A stretch of DNA of 64,000 nucleotides from Candidatus Thorarchaeota archaeon (GTDB taxonomy: Archaea > Asgardarchaeota > Thorarchaeia > Thorarchaeales > Thorarchaeaceae). The notes under the pieces were generated by a model that did not search any database, had not been told where the DNA came from, and was given only the letters and a program-made list of their open reading frames with translations. A program made the translations under genes and the position numbers. The stretch lies in NCBI GenBank assembly GCA_048884785.1, contig JBHLQM010000004.1, positions 32,001 to 96,000 on the forward strand, written 5' to 3'. Positions 39,112-48,968 of this stretch are shown piece after piece (the first letter of the stretch is position 1; every line of letters starts with the position of its first letter).

Positions 39112-39923
39112 TTGATTGCCTCCCTAATCCGCCTCAGCATGTCTTGGCTGCCAAGCAAACGAATTACCTCCTCATCATCTTCAAACAATTTCAGTGCTAG
39201 CCATCGAGGAGGAAAGCGGTCAATTAGCCCTTTGTTTTCTTCTAAAATGGCTACAATGGTTTTTAGCTTCGATTCAATTTCCCGACTATATTTTATCGCA
39301 GGTGGCTTAAGTTTTTCAAACTGGCCATGATGATGATGCTTGGGATGGTAATGCATATGATCACTTTGATTATTCTCTCCAGGGAGATGTCCAATTGTAA
39401 CGACTTCTCCATCTTCAACTAGATGTGTATGATTTGGAACAACATCAAGAATTGCCTCTTTTAATTCGTCCATTCCCTTCTTTTTTGTGGCGGTTGAAAT
39501 TACCATTGGGCAACAGAGGATTTCAGACAGCCGTTGTACATCAATCGTATCCCCCCTGGCTTCCACAATGTCATACATATTCAGAACAACTACAAGATTC
39601 AGCTGGAGCTCAATCAGTTGAAGCGTGAGATAGAGGTTCCTCTCGAGTTGAGACGCATTTAGGACATCAACGACAACATCTGGACGATGGTCAATCAGGT
39701 AATCTCGAGCCACTCTTTCATCATCTGAAACTGCACTAAGACTATAAACACCAGGAAGGTCAATCATTTCAAACTCATGATCCATGAAGTCAAAATATCC
39801 GATTTTCCTCTCGATGGTTTTTCCTGGCCAATTCCCTGTATGCTGCTTTAATCCAGTAAGATTATTGAAGACAACAGACTTTCCTACATTTGGATTCCCA
39901 ATCAATGCTACTTTAATTGGCAC
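39108..39923 (-). CDS. feoB: FeoB N-terminal GTPase domain (split gene)
   Basis: GNPNVGKS, GNWPGKT, DLPGVYS and NMYD, plus a His-rich insert. Confidence 0.93.
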   Translation of the reverse strand: MPIKVALIGNPNVGKSVVFNNLTGLKQHTGNWPGKTIERKIGYFDFMDHEFEMIDLPGVYSLSAVSDDERVARDYLIDHRPDVVVDVLNASQLERNLYLTLQLIELQLNLVVVLNMYDIVEARGDTIDVQRLSEILCCPMVISTATKKKGMDELKEAILDVVPNHTHLVEDGEVVTIGHLPGENNQSDHMHYHPKHHHHGQFEKLKPPAIKYSREIESKLKTIVAILEENKGLIDRFPPRWLALKLFEDDEEVIRLLGSQDMLRRIREAIK

Positions 39924-40295
39924 CTATTTCTCCACCACCTCTACGAGAAGTTTTGATGCCAATCCCTGACCCAGTGCTACTCTTGTCCCTCGCACCTGTA
40001 TTAGAATAGGCCCGCTCTTTCCTCCATGAATTACTTCGAAAACACAGCCTGATGTAATTCCCAGATCCAACAGTCTTCTTAGGATGCGCCTGCCACCAAG
40101 ATGAAAACTTCTATCGATACCGACTTCATTATCATATCCACTGCGCCGATGTTTCTCTCGGTATTCATGTTCTCCTGAAAAACGTCTTCTGTCTTGTGCG
40201 ATGCCTACGAACTTGCAAGTACGCCCTGATGGGATCTCAACCAGACTAAGGGTTTCAGTCTTTGTAGGTGAATCAGCTGTGTCGCTATGTGACAT
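39924..40295 (-). CDS. feoA: FeoA
   Basis: RRLLDLGITSG...GPILIQVRGTRVALGQGLASKLLV. Confidence 0.9.
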   Translation of the reverse strand: MSHSDTADSPTKTETLSLVEIPSGRTCKFVGIAQDRRRFSGEHEYREKHRRSGYDNEVGIDRSFHLGGRRILRRLLDLGITSGCVFEVIHGGKSGPILIQVRGTRVALGQGLASKLLVEVVEK

Positions 40296-40317
40296 TATCG
40301 ACCCTCTGAGCTGTAAA

Positions 40318-40339
40318 AATGTTAGTCAAGTCTAACATT
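40318..40339. promoter_or_regulatory. DtxR-family-like operator upstream of feoA
   Basis: Perfect palindrome AATGTTAG-tcaagt-CTAACATT, downstream (minus sense) of TTATAT at about 40354-40359. Confidence 0.7.
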
Positions 40340-40448
40340 CCACCTGTGATGACATATAAGGATATTGAATAGGTCAATGTCGTCTTAATGAAGTACTCAC
40401 CACAACGATTACATATTATCTTCACATTCAGAAAGGATGGAGAAGACC

Positions 40449-41837
40449 ATGTCCTACTACAAGACACCGCTGAAATATGGCGAGATTGTTGTCGATGAAT
40501 TCATCACCAGGGAACTTGAGAATGTTAAAGTCCTCAAAGTAGGTGATTTCCATCCTGATTTTATAGACCTTGCAGCTAAGCTACAACAAGTATTGGCCAA
40601 TCCCATTGGATCAGAGCCGTTTGATGACGTTGTGAGAGCGCGTTATGTTAAAGGTAAGCCAATCATGATTATTGTGGATGATAACACTCGTCCAAATATC
40701 CATACACGTGCCTTACTACCTCTCATTTCCAAACGAATCTTGAGTCTGGGTGTTCCAAAATCAGACATTAGAATTATTATTGCGACTGGCTCTCACAAAT
40801 TGCCTACTCCTGAGCAAATCCAGAATCGTATACTGGGCTCAAAACTCTACACAGAGTGGAAGGATAATATCCTGATTCATGATTGTGACAGTGGCAACAA
40901 ACAGATTGGATCCACATCCAGAGGGACTCCCATCATGATTGATGAGAGAGTGCTGCAGGCATGTTTGCTCATTCCTCTATCAGACAGCGAGTATCATTAT
41001 TTTGCTGGACAGGCGGGCACAGTCAAATTGTTCTGTCCTGGTGTTGCAGGTCGGGAAACTATTCGTATTAATCACCCAAGAATGTTTGACTTGCAAAAGG
41101 GATTTGTTGATGGATGCAGATTGGGAAATTGCACCGGTAATCCTGTTATTGAGGATATGATTGAAATTGCATCAAAAGTAGGTGAGGGGCTTCCCATGTT
41201 TTGTATCGACACAATAATCCATCATGGAGAAATTGTATATGTTCAAGCCGGTGATCTAATTGATTGTCACAAAGCCGCTGCCGAGCCTCTTCGGAAGCTC
41301 CGAGTTGTTGATATCGACCATCCTGGTGATATCGTATTTGTATCAGTCGGAGAACTCGGTCTCAATCTCTATCAAGCTGGGAAGGGAATTCATGCAGCTT
41401 GGAATGCGGTCCGTCACGATAGAAAGGGGTGGATTGTCCTCCTTGCTCCTTGTCAGGACGGGATAGGTAGTCCAGCGTATGCTGAAGCGATGTATGCCGC
41501 AAAAGACCTAGAAGTCCGTGACGCACTTCGGTATGTAATAGAAACCTATGGATCGGAAAAGACCTTCAAGATTGGCAATCAAAAGCCACCAGATCTTTTC
41601 AGAATACTATTGGATGTTGCAGAAGGTAATATCAAAGTCGTAACGCAGCTTGATCCAGATGAATTGAAGAATGTATATCGAATGGAAGCATGCAACCCAA
41701 ATTCACCCGAAGATGGTCAGAGAGTACTGCGCGAAATCATGAATCGATTCGTTCGAGAATCTGGTATTAGCAATCCTAGAGTATATGTTCTAGATGATTC
41801 TGGGCTTCTTGTCAATGTAAAGAATCAAATTAACTAG
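40449..41837 (+). CDS. lactate racemase (LarA) family nickel-pincer enzyme
   Basis: DDNTRP, ATGSH, HYFAGQAG..K and NLYQAGK motifs. The start is either 40437 or 40449. Confidence 0.85.
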   Translation: MSYYKTPLKYGEIVVDEFITRELENVKVLKVGDFHPDFIDLAAKLQQVLANPIGSEPFDDVVRARYVKGKPIMIIVDDNTRPNIHTRALLPLISKRILSLGVPKSDIRIIIATGSHKLPTPEQIQNRILGSKLYTEWKDNILIHDCDSGNKQIGSTSRGTPIMIDERVLQACLLIPLSDSEYHYFAGQAGTVKLFCPGVAGRETIRINHPRMFDLQKGFVDGCRLGNCTGNPVIEDMIEIASKVGEGLPMFCIDTIIHHGEIVYVQAGDLIDCHKAAAEPLRKLRVVDIDHPGDIVFVSVGELGLNLYQAGKGIHAAWNAVRHDRKGWIVLLAPCQDGIGSPAYAEAMYAAKDLEVRDALRYVIETYGSEKTFKIGNQKPPDLFRILLDVAEGNIKVVTQLDPDELKNVYRMEACNPNSPEDGQRVLREIMNRFVRESGISNPRVYVLDDSGLLVNVKNQIN

Positions 41838-41858
41838 TGACCAGTCCACCTGGTCACT
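41836..41858. terminator. hairpin after the larA-like gene
   Basis: AGTGACCAG-tccac-CTGGTCACT followed by T-rich sequence. Confidence 0.6.
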
Positions 41859-41937
41859 CATCTTTGCTTTTAGCCAAACTCTCTTGGAAAATGCTACAGA
41901 TCGTAACGAGTTCAATGGATTCAACAGTATGAAACTG

Positions 41938-42327
41938 TTACTCCTTCCAAAGCGATTCGATGCCTATTCTTGCCTCTTCAATCGAGAGTCTATCATCTGT
42001 CAGCAATTCCTTCAAAAGAGCCAGAAATCCATCATCCAGAATGTAGTCCTTTTCAGCTATGAGATCCACAACTGCATCATGATTCCATTCTGCATCCCTG
42101 TCTTTGGTTGAGTGGATTGTCACGATACTGTCATTTCCAGTCCTACCAAACATAATTCGAATACTTCCGTACTCGAGTTCAGTGACCTCACCGCCTGTGA
42201 CACCGCAGGCATAGCTCTGCATTGCCGATATGAATGATGTGAAGAGACCTTGGTGCATCTCAAGTGCATCAAAGCCAACTGAGGCCAGAGGAATACTGGC
42301 TTCATCGAAGACGATTATTCCTTTCAT
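41938..42327 (-). CDS. small longin/roadblock-like domain protein
   Basis: Beta-beta-alpha-beta-beta-beta-alpha pattern: IIVFDEASIPL...LFTSFISAMQSY...VTELEYGSIRIMF. Confidence 0.6.
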   Translation of the reverse strand: MKGIIVFDEASIPLASVGFDALEMHQGLFTSFISAMQSYACGVTGGEVTELEYGSIRIMFGRTGNDSIVTIHSTKDRDAEWNHDAVVDLIAEKDYILDDGFLALLKELLTDDRLSIEEARIGIESLWKE

Positions 42328-42413
42328 ATCTCAAGCAACTCAACCATGAATGGCACAATTGATTACATTATCACATAAAGAGATGTCTGGTAGGTGCAGT
42401 AAACTGGTTTGAA

Positions 42414-42440
42414 GGAGACATCCTTCGAAAGCATGTCTCC
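42414..42440. terminator. hairpin downstream of cysS
   Basis: GGAGACAT...ATGTCTCC. Confidence 0.5.
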
Positions 42441-42469
42441 AATTCATTTTTTATCGTGGTTTGGTCTGG

Positions 42470-43906
42470 CTAACTCATTTTCCACGTGGGGCCATCCTTG
42501 GTGTCTGAAACATCGATACCCATTTCGCCAAGTCTGTTTCGAATTAGGTCTGCAGTAGTCCAATCCTTGGCCTTCCGTGCACTCTCCCTGAGCTCTAGAA
42601 GAAGCTCGATGGTTCCCTTCAGCTTCTCAGCTGACTCACTTGAGTCTGCCGTTGAGCCTGTTGCTTCAAGATTGATGCCAATTATTCCAGTCAGCTCAAT
42701 TAGGATTGCAAGTGCCTCTCGAAGGACTGCAGCATTTCCGATATTTGGTGTCAAGGAGTTTGCAGTTTTTATGAAAGTGAAGATCTCGGCCATTGCACCA
42801 GATGTATTGAAGTCATCATCCATCTCCTTTTCGAATCCCTGTTGAAGGGCTAGAATGGCATCTTTCATCTGGGTATCTCCTTTGGATCTTCTTCCACTTG
42901 TCCTTTCCAGAATCATGATTCTGCCACGAAGGGTATCTGCTGCATTCTTAATCCTTTCAAGACTCTGTATCGCCTGATTAAGGGCAGTCTTATTGTAGTC
43001 CAAGGGCTGTCGGTAGTTTCCTGAAACTAGATAGAGTCTCACCGCTTGATGGTCGTAATTATCGAGAACCTCTCTTGCCGTGAAGAAGTTGCCTTCAGAT
43101 TTAGACATCTTTTCTGAATCCATGGTCAGGAAACCATTATGTAGCCAATACTTGATTGGAGTCTCAATATTATATGCCGCTGCTGACTGAGCTATTTCAT
43201 TCTCATGGTGCGGAAATATAAGATCTTGACCTCCACCATGAATGTCGAAGGGCAATCCGAGATAATACTTCCCCATGACGGAGCATTCTGCATGCCATCC
43301 GGGTCTGCCCTTGCCCCATGGAGATTCCCAAGAAGGCTCACCCGGTTTCTCAGCCTTCCAGAGTGCAAAATCTCTAGGGTCCTGTTTTCGGTCATCGACT
43401 TCAACTCTGGCTCCGGCATCTAGTTCGTCTGATGATACTCTCGAAAGAACACCATAGTGCTCCCATTCGCTAATATCAAAATAGACATCGCCGTCAACAA
43501 CATAGCCCTTTCCATTTTTGATGATGTTTTCAACCATTTCAATGATATCTTCAATATGCTCAGTTGCACGAGGATTCACTGTTGCAGGTTTAAGATTGAG
43601 CTGCTTTGCTATAGCCAAGTATTCTGCAATGAATTGACTCGCCAGATCGCTAACAGCAATACCTAGTTCATTGGCACGGTTTATCATTTTATCATCAATA
43701 TCAGTGAAGTTGGTGACATAGAACACTCGGTAGCCTTTATACTCAAGATATCTCCGTATTGTGTCAAATATAGAGAACGACCTAGCATTTCCAATGTGAG
43801 GGTAATCATAGACTGTTGGACCACATACATACATTCTGACATTATTTCCATCCAACGGCTTGAAATCCTCTTTTTTCCGGGACAGGGTGTTGTATACTTT
43901 TAGCAT
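42470..43906 (-). CDS. cysS: cysteine--tRNA ligase
   Basis: MYVCGPTVY, HIGN, PGWHAEC, HGGGQDLIFPHHENE and KMSKS. Start at MLKVYNTL. Confidence 0.98.
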   Translation of the reverse strand: MLKVYNTLSRKKEDFKPLDGNNVRMYVCGPTVYDYPHIGNARSFSIFDTIRRYLEYKGYRVFYVTNFTDIDDKMINRANELGIAVSDLASQFIAEYLAIAKQLNLKPATVNPRATEHIEDIIEMVENIIKNGKGYVVDGDVYFDISEWEHYGVLSRVSSDELDAGARVEVDDRKQDPRDFALWKAEKPGEPSWESPWGKGRPGWHAECSVMGKYYLGLPFDIHGGGQDLIFPHHENEIAQSAAAYNIETPIKYWLHNGFLTMDSEKMSKSEGNFFTAREVLDNYDHQAVRLYLVSGNYRQPLDYNKTALNQAIQSLERIKNAADTLRGRIMILERTSGRRSKGDTQMKDAILALQQGFEKEMDDDFNTSGAMAEIFTFIKTANSLTPNIGNAAVLREALAILIELTGIIGINLEATGSTADSSESAEKLKGTIELLLELRESARKAKDWTTADLIRNRLGEMGIDVSDTKDGPTWKMS

Positions 43907-44080
43907 TAGCACTACCCTCGCGAAGATTGAAGCATCCTCATAAAAAGGAGCCTGCAATTATTGCCCACATTTTCTACATATCTGTGGTGGAATCTGCAAC
44001 TTGCGAATGGATGCATTCTAAAAAGGAGACCTCAAACTCATAAGTAGGTATAGTTTAATGAAAGAGGGGTTGCGAGGAGA

Positions 44081-44827
44081 GTGACCATGAAAAAGGAGGA
44101 AGTCATAACTAAGGCAGAAGAGCTTTGTACTCTTTGCGAGGAAAAGGCTGCAGAAACCTTGGTGAAAGAAGCACTTTCAGGATCCCCAGATGACCCTAAT
44201 CTACAAACAGAACTTGCCATTATACAGTCCCGACTTGGCTATGATGGCAAAGCAGAAACTCTACTGAGGAGAGTAATCCGAAGCAATCCTAATCTGGAAA
44301 GAGCAGTATCAGCTTTAGGAAATCTTCTGAACAACTCTCTGAGAACAGATGAAGCAGCATCTCTGTATCGCACGTTTCTACAAAGTAATCCTCATGGGCA
44401 TGTTGTACTTGATGATCTTTGCCGCCTGCTAATCGATGATGGTGACGAAAAAGAGGCTCTTAGGCTGGCTCGAAAACATGCAATTGACTATCCATCTGAA
44501 CCACAAGCCTATGATGCATTGAGATATGTTCTCGATCGCCTTGAAGATGACCTAGCTGATGAAGTTGCCGAGAATCCATCAAGCTCTAGTCATCTCAGAG
44601 ACTTCGCGTCGAATATTATTGAGCAATATTCAGTTCTCAAGAAAATGGAAGCGCAGGCTTTGGAACCAGGAGTTGATTTTGAGGATTTTATTCAGGATAT
44701 ACACGAGGATTTGATACGAATATATGGCGAGATGGATGACATTGCTTCAAGAAACGAAAGAAACGAAAGCCCCTTGCCTAGAGAGGTTATTAATGCAATC
44801 AATGAAGCGCTGGCTTCGAGAGAATAA
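44081..44827 (+). CDS. TPR-containing protein
   Basis: Tandem TPR-like helices (ALSGSPDDP, VIRSNPN, FLQSNPH). Confidence 0.78.
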   Translation: MTMKKEEVITKAEELCTLCEEKAAETLVKEALSGSPDDPNLQTELAIIQSRLGYDGKAETLLRRVIRSNPNLERAVSALGNLLNNSLRTDEAASLYRTFLQSNPHGHVVLDDLCRLLIDDGDEKEALRLARKHAIDYPSEPQAYDALRYVLDRLEDDLADEVAENPSSSSHLRDFASNIIEQYSVLKKMEAQALEPGVDFEDFIQDIHEDLIRIYGEMDDIASRNERNESPLPREVINAINEALASRE

Positions 44828-44843
44828 CAAGCAAAGAAGATGC

Positions 44844-45140
44844 CTATTGCCACTGGTATCCAATAGAATCGAATTCTTGCGGGAATTCTACCTTTGTCAA
44901 GTAAATGATGTCTTGTTGTGATTCCTTTCCGAGCCAAATGTGAATATTCGAGCCTTCCAATTCTTGCAGCATTCTTATCCTCTGGTTTGAATCTAGCCCC
45001 ATTACCTTTAGCAAACTCGATTGGCTTACCATTCTATCCAAATTCTTCATTGCTACAGCAAGCATTCTCTCTTTGCTTCCTGACTCTAAACCCAGTATCT
45101 CCTCGTCGCGAAGAACTGCCTTTATTCGCATATCTGGCAC
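44844..45140 (-). CDS. small hypothetical protein
   Basis: 98-aa ORF with normal composition. Confidence 0.6.
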   Translation of the reverse strand: MPDMRIKAVLRDEEILGLESGSKERMLAVAMKNLDRMVSQSSLLKVMGLDSNQRIRMLQELEGSNIHIWLGKESQQDIIYLTKVEFPQEFDSIGYQWQ

Positions 45141-45335
45141 CGTTTGGCTGAATTCCCTTAATCAAAATAAGGATGTGCATTTCATAGATTTCTGAGCGGT
45201 GCATGCTTCAACACAAGTTGTGAGGTCATTTTTCATCATTAGGAATAACTAAGCCATGACTCAGGACCGTAGCAAATGGTGCGCCTCCACAAATAAGAAG
45301 AGCCATTATAAGATCAGATGGTGACAGCAATCGGA

Positions 45336-45704
45336 TTAGCAATCACAATCTCCAATGCGAACGACAATTTCCTTTGATTCTTCAACAATATCTCCGAATG
45401 CTTGGTAGAAGTAACGAGCAGCCTCCTCCAATCCCTTCACGCCCTCTGAGGTGAGATGGTAGATTATTTGATTTCCTTCCTTCTCACCATGAATAAGCCG
45501 TCGTTCTTTCAAATCTTTCAGTGCTGGGTAAATTGTCCCTGGTGTTGGTCTATTTCCTCCTCTTCTTTTCCAGATTCTATCTGCTATTTGCTGACCATTC
45601 AGTTTTTCGTTTCGCAGCTCCCACATGATTTGGAAGGTGAGAAATCCTCTCATATCGCAGCAATCGGGAGGACAGCATTCCGGTTCATTGGGAACTTCAT
45701 TCAT
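45336..45704 (-). CDS. PadR-family transcriptional regulator with Cys-rich termini
   Basis: PTPGTIYPALKDL...YHLTSEG. N-terminal CCPPDCC and C-terminal CDC. Confidence 0.9.
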   Translation of the reverse strand: MNEVPNEPECCPPDCCDMRGFLTFQIMWELRNEKLNGQQIADRIWKRRGGNRPTPGTIYPALKDLKERRLIHGEKEGNQIIYHLTSEGVKGLEEAARYFYQAFGDIVEESKEIVVRIGDCDC

Positions 45705-45747
45705 ATCATAGCTTTCAGGTCAATACACTTAAATGTATCTGATATAC

Positions 45748-45767
45748 AATATTGGATGACCAATATT
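45748..45767. promoter_or_regulatory. candidate PadR operator
   Basis: Perfect palindrome AATATTGG-atga-CCAATATT, with an adjacent TGTAT-N5-ATACA at 45734-45748. Confidence 0.55.
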
Positions 45768-46030
45768 ATTAAGGCAAATTGAAGAGGCTCAGTAAATGCC
45801 AAAGAAATACAAGAAGAACAAGGTTGCGAAAAAAGGGATTCATGAGACCTGCATGAAAGTCACTGATGCAGACTGCACTTCAGGATTATATAATGAAAAT
45901 GAATACTTCAAACCATTCATTGTCTGAATGGGTTTTCTACAAATTGCCTGTTCTTGATTTCCTAATCCAATGATTGCAACTGAATGATTCATTAGGATTC
46001 ATTTACATATGAAAGAGCTGGGTATATGGC

Positions 46031-46516
46031 GTGAAAACTGCGGCAAATATAGTAGGAACGCATCTTTTTCAACAGTATAGTTCAATGTGTTCCATGCTGC
46101 GAAAGGCTATCGCAAGCATTCCTGATGAGAACTTCCACATTTGTGAGGGCAAATGGTACTACTCACTAACATTATACCACATAATTGAAACCATTGATTT
46201 TTACTCGAGGGCAACTCCTGAGGGCATGAAATGGGGTTCAAGAGGCGGCTTTGATTGGAAGCTCGCCGAAGATGTCAAAACTGATGTCTTAGGAAAACTT
46301 AGCAAAGAAATGATCAACGTCTATCTTGATGACATGGAATCGAGATTGAACAATCTATTCAAGCAAACCGAAAATCTGTTTGATAGAGATGAGTTCGATT
46401 GGTTTGATAGTGCTTTTCAAAAGCTGGTATATCTATTGCGGCACTCTCAGCATCATATCGGAGAGCTTGCATTTGCGATTAGAAAACTGGGTATGGAACC
46501 CCTAAGATGGAAATGA
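46031..46516 (+). CDS. DinB family protein
   Basis: LYHII near the N-terminus and RHSQHHIGEL near the C-terminus. Confidence 0.85.
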   Translation: MKTAANIVGTHLFQQYSSMCSMLRKAIASIPDENFHICEGKWYYSLTLYHIIETIDFYSRATPEGMKWGSRGGFDWKLAEDVKTDVLGKLSKEMINVYLDDMESRLNNLFKQTENLFDRDEFDWFDSAFQKLVYLLRHSQHHIGELAFAIRKLGMEPLRWK

Positions 46517-46517
46517 A

Positions 46518-46985
46518 TTGAAGGAGGTGAATCGGATTAAAGCAACTCAAATCGCCACAATCCGAAAACCCAATCCTAGTACAACCTACATAGAATTCAA
46601 GGAGAAGTATTGGCCTGGAGTGCTTCAACTTGATAAATTCTCACACATTATTGTACTGTGGTGGATTCATGAAAGAGACAGTAAAGAAAACAGAATGAAC
46701 CTTCGCGATTATCCCCCTGTCGAAGGTGCTGAATTATCTGGAGTTTTCGCAAGTCGGTCCCCGGCTCGTCCAACACCGATTGGCTTATCCATAGTAAGAA
46801 TAAAGCGAGTTGATGAAGATGAACTTAGGATTCTTATTGACCAAATTGATGCCATTGAGGGCACGCCTGTTATTGACATAAAACCGTACATGCCTTTCTC
46901 GGACAAAGTTGATAATTCAAGAGTCCCCAAGTGGTTTCTTCAGAACCAATCACGATATACTGAAAGACCATTTGAAGAAGGCTGA
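46518..46985 (+). CDS. TrmO/TsaA-family SAM-binding methyltransferase
   Basis: GVFASRSPARPTPIGLS and DAIEGTPVIDIKPY. Confidence 0.9.
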   Translation: MKEVNRIKATQIATIRKPNPSTTYIEFKEKYWPGVLQLDKFSHIIVLWWIHERDSKENRMNLRDYPPVEGAELSGVFASRSPARPTPIGLSIVRIKRVDEDELRILIDQIDAIEGTPVIDIKPYMPFSDKVDNSRVPKWFLQNQSRYTERPFEEG

Positions 46986-46991
46986 GGGATA

Positions 46992-47879
46992 TTATGAAAA
47001 TCCGAATTCGTGTTTCTTGCCAGCTATCGCCGATATCATAACCAATCCAGCTAGGCCGCTAAATATGACTGCGGCAAAAATCTCGATAAACAGTATATCT
47101 GGCTTTGAAACATAGATTACTTTTTCAGATCCACCGCTTCTCAATCGAGGATTGTGTGCGTTGTCTGTTGCATTGGGATTTGGTGAAACATAAACTGTAG
47201 CAGAGGAGCTGGCTGTGTTATATCCCAAATCCCAAACAGTCAGCGTACAAGTATAGGTTCCTGCTTTTAGATTGTATATTATTAGATAGAATCGGCAAAT
47301 TTCCTCTTCCCAAGGTCCCTCTTCAAGTAGTATTCCGTTCATTTCTATTGTATAATGCGAAGGATTTGCATCGCGTGCAATCCAAGTGATATTGTGTCCT
47401 AAAGTTCCTTCAACAAATTCAAGGTCTTCAGCTGGATCGATCACTGGGACCTGAGAATCCTCTACATGTATGTAGATATCTGCTGTGAGTCTATCATAGT
47501 ATAGATCCCATACCGTTATTCTGAGGAAATATACTCCAATGTCAAGCACATGTGTATCTTGTACTATAGCAGTATTGGGTTCTGATCCTGTTCCTATCAC
47601 AAAATTCTCTTCATCACTAACACGCCACTCATACCCAACCTCTCCGACAAGGATACTAACAGTTAACTCGAATCTATCGCCCAGTTCGATTGTTTGATTC
47701 GCGGGTTGCTCCATCCAACTTGGCATGTCTGGAGCCGGTGTTTGAGGGGAGAATGCCTCCTTGAAAGTATGGTTCTGGTATTTCATTTCTGTACCTGCTA
47801 TTGGTAATCCGAATCCAATGAGGATTAAACTGACTAGCAATGTTGTCATGGACAAAGCATTCATTCTCTCAATTCTCAA
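46992..47879 (-). CDS. exported surface protein with Ig-like domains and a C-terminal TM anchor
   Basis: Signal peptide, two beta-sandwich repeats (G.Y...ITVWD) and a C-terminal TM. Confidence 0.8.
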   Translation of the reverse strand: MRIERMNALSMTTLLVSLILIGFGLPIAGTEMKYQNHTFKEAFSPQTPAPDMPSWMEQPANQTIELGDRFELTVSILVGEVGYEWRVSDEENFVIGTGSEPNTAIVQDTHVLDIGVYFLRITVWDLYYDRLTADIYIHVEDSQVPVIDPAEDLEFVEGTLGHNITWIARDANPSHYTIEMNGILLEEGPWEEEICRFYLIIYNLKAGTYTCTLTVWDLGYNTASSSATVYVSPNPNATDNAHNPRLRSGGSEKVIYVSKPDILFIEIFAAVIFSGLAGLVMISAIAGKKHEFGFS

Positions 47880-48059
47880 TAGTCCTCACCTAACGCCCAT
47901 TTCCATAGTTTCCATGAACAATATGCTTTCCAGCAAATAGGCATAATCCTGCTACACTAAACTCTCAACGATACTTAAAGAGCTTGAAGAAAGCAGCTTT
48001 CTTTGCCTAAATTGGTTGATTTATCTGGATGGTCCGAGATTGATGTTTCTGAATAAAAC

Positions 48060-48830
48060 GTGATTGCTGAATGGAATTCTTCAGATAGGCAAAGTATAGC
48101 GGCCATGTTTGAAGTACACAAGAGGGGAAGGGCAATGATTTTCTCATGGCTGGAGCTAGGCTTAGGTAAGATATTGGTCGATAAACAGCCAAATCCCTCT
48201 GTAGGCGCACTCTTTTTTCCTCCACTATGTTTCATTGCAGGGGATAGCGACTCAGAATGCGCTATAGACCTAATTTGGGAAATTCCGCCACAAAATATCA
48301 TGATTCCACCTGATGATGCTTGGGCTTTTCTTATTCAAAAGGAATGGGGCGACCAAACTCATATCCAGCATCGTACAAGAATGAGTCCAAAACTTCTCAG
48401 CATAGAACATATTCGCCGTCTGAGACATGCACTTCCATCTGGTTTTGGACTATATGAAATTAAACTTCAAACAATGCTAGATTCGGATTCATTTTTTTGG
48501 GAAGGGATGCTTCCATTTTTTGGGTCGTTTGAAAACTTCATTCAAAATGGGTTTGGGTATTGCATTAAGAGCGAGAGAAAAGTGGTAAGTGTTGCATATA
48601 CAGCATTTCCCTATACACACGATTTTGAGGTTCAGGTGACGACCCTGAATAGTCCCAAGTACAGAAGGAAAGGACTTGCGACAATAGTGAGTTCGGCATT
48701 AATTGAAGATGGTCTTTCCAAAGGTGTGACTCCCCAATGGGATGCAGCAAATTCAGCTTCAGTCCAATTGGCGTTGAAGTTGGGCTATAGCGACCCAGAT
48801 CCCTATGATGTCTATTATCGTCTGGAATAA
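48060..48830 (+). CDS. GNAT family acetyltransferase
   Basis: YRRKGLAT and PQWDAANSASVQLALKLGY. Confidence 0.9.
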   Translation: MIAEWNSSDRQSIAAMFEVHKRGRAMIFSWLELGLGKILVDKQPNPSVGALFFPPLCFIAGDSDSECAIDLIWEIPPQNIMIPPDDAWAFLIQKEWGDQTHIQHRTRMSPKLLSIEHIRRLRHALPSGFGLYEIKLQTMLDSDSFFWEGMLPFFGSFENFIQNGFGYCIKSERKVVSVAYTAFPYTHDFEVQVTTLNSPKYRRKGLATIVSSALIEDGLSKGVTPQWDAANSASVQLALKLGYSDPDPYDVYYRLE

Positions 48831-48908
48831 CCCAGATTCGATGAATACCCTCCGCCTGCAATTGTATATAATGAAGCCACCAAGTTGGCACTAATGAAAA
48901 ACCTAATA

Positions 48909-48956
48909 TATCTCATGAATGAGATAGGTATATAGATATATCTTGACAATGAGATA
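48909..48956. promoter_or_regulatory. tandem palindromic operators upstream of the aspartic protease
   Basis: TATCTCA-tgaa-TGAGATA (48909-48926) and TATCTTG-acaa-TGAGATA (48939-48956). Confidence 0.7.
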
Positions 48957-48968
48957 GGAGCTATAGAA

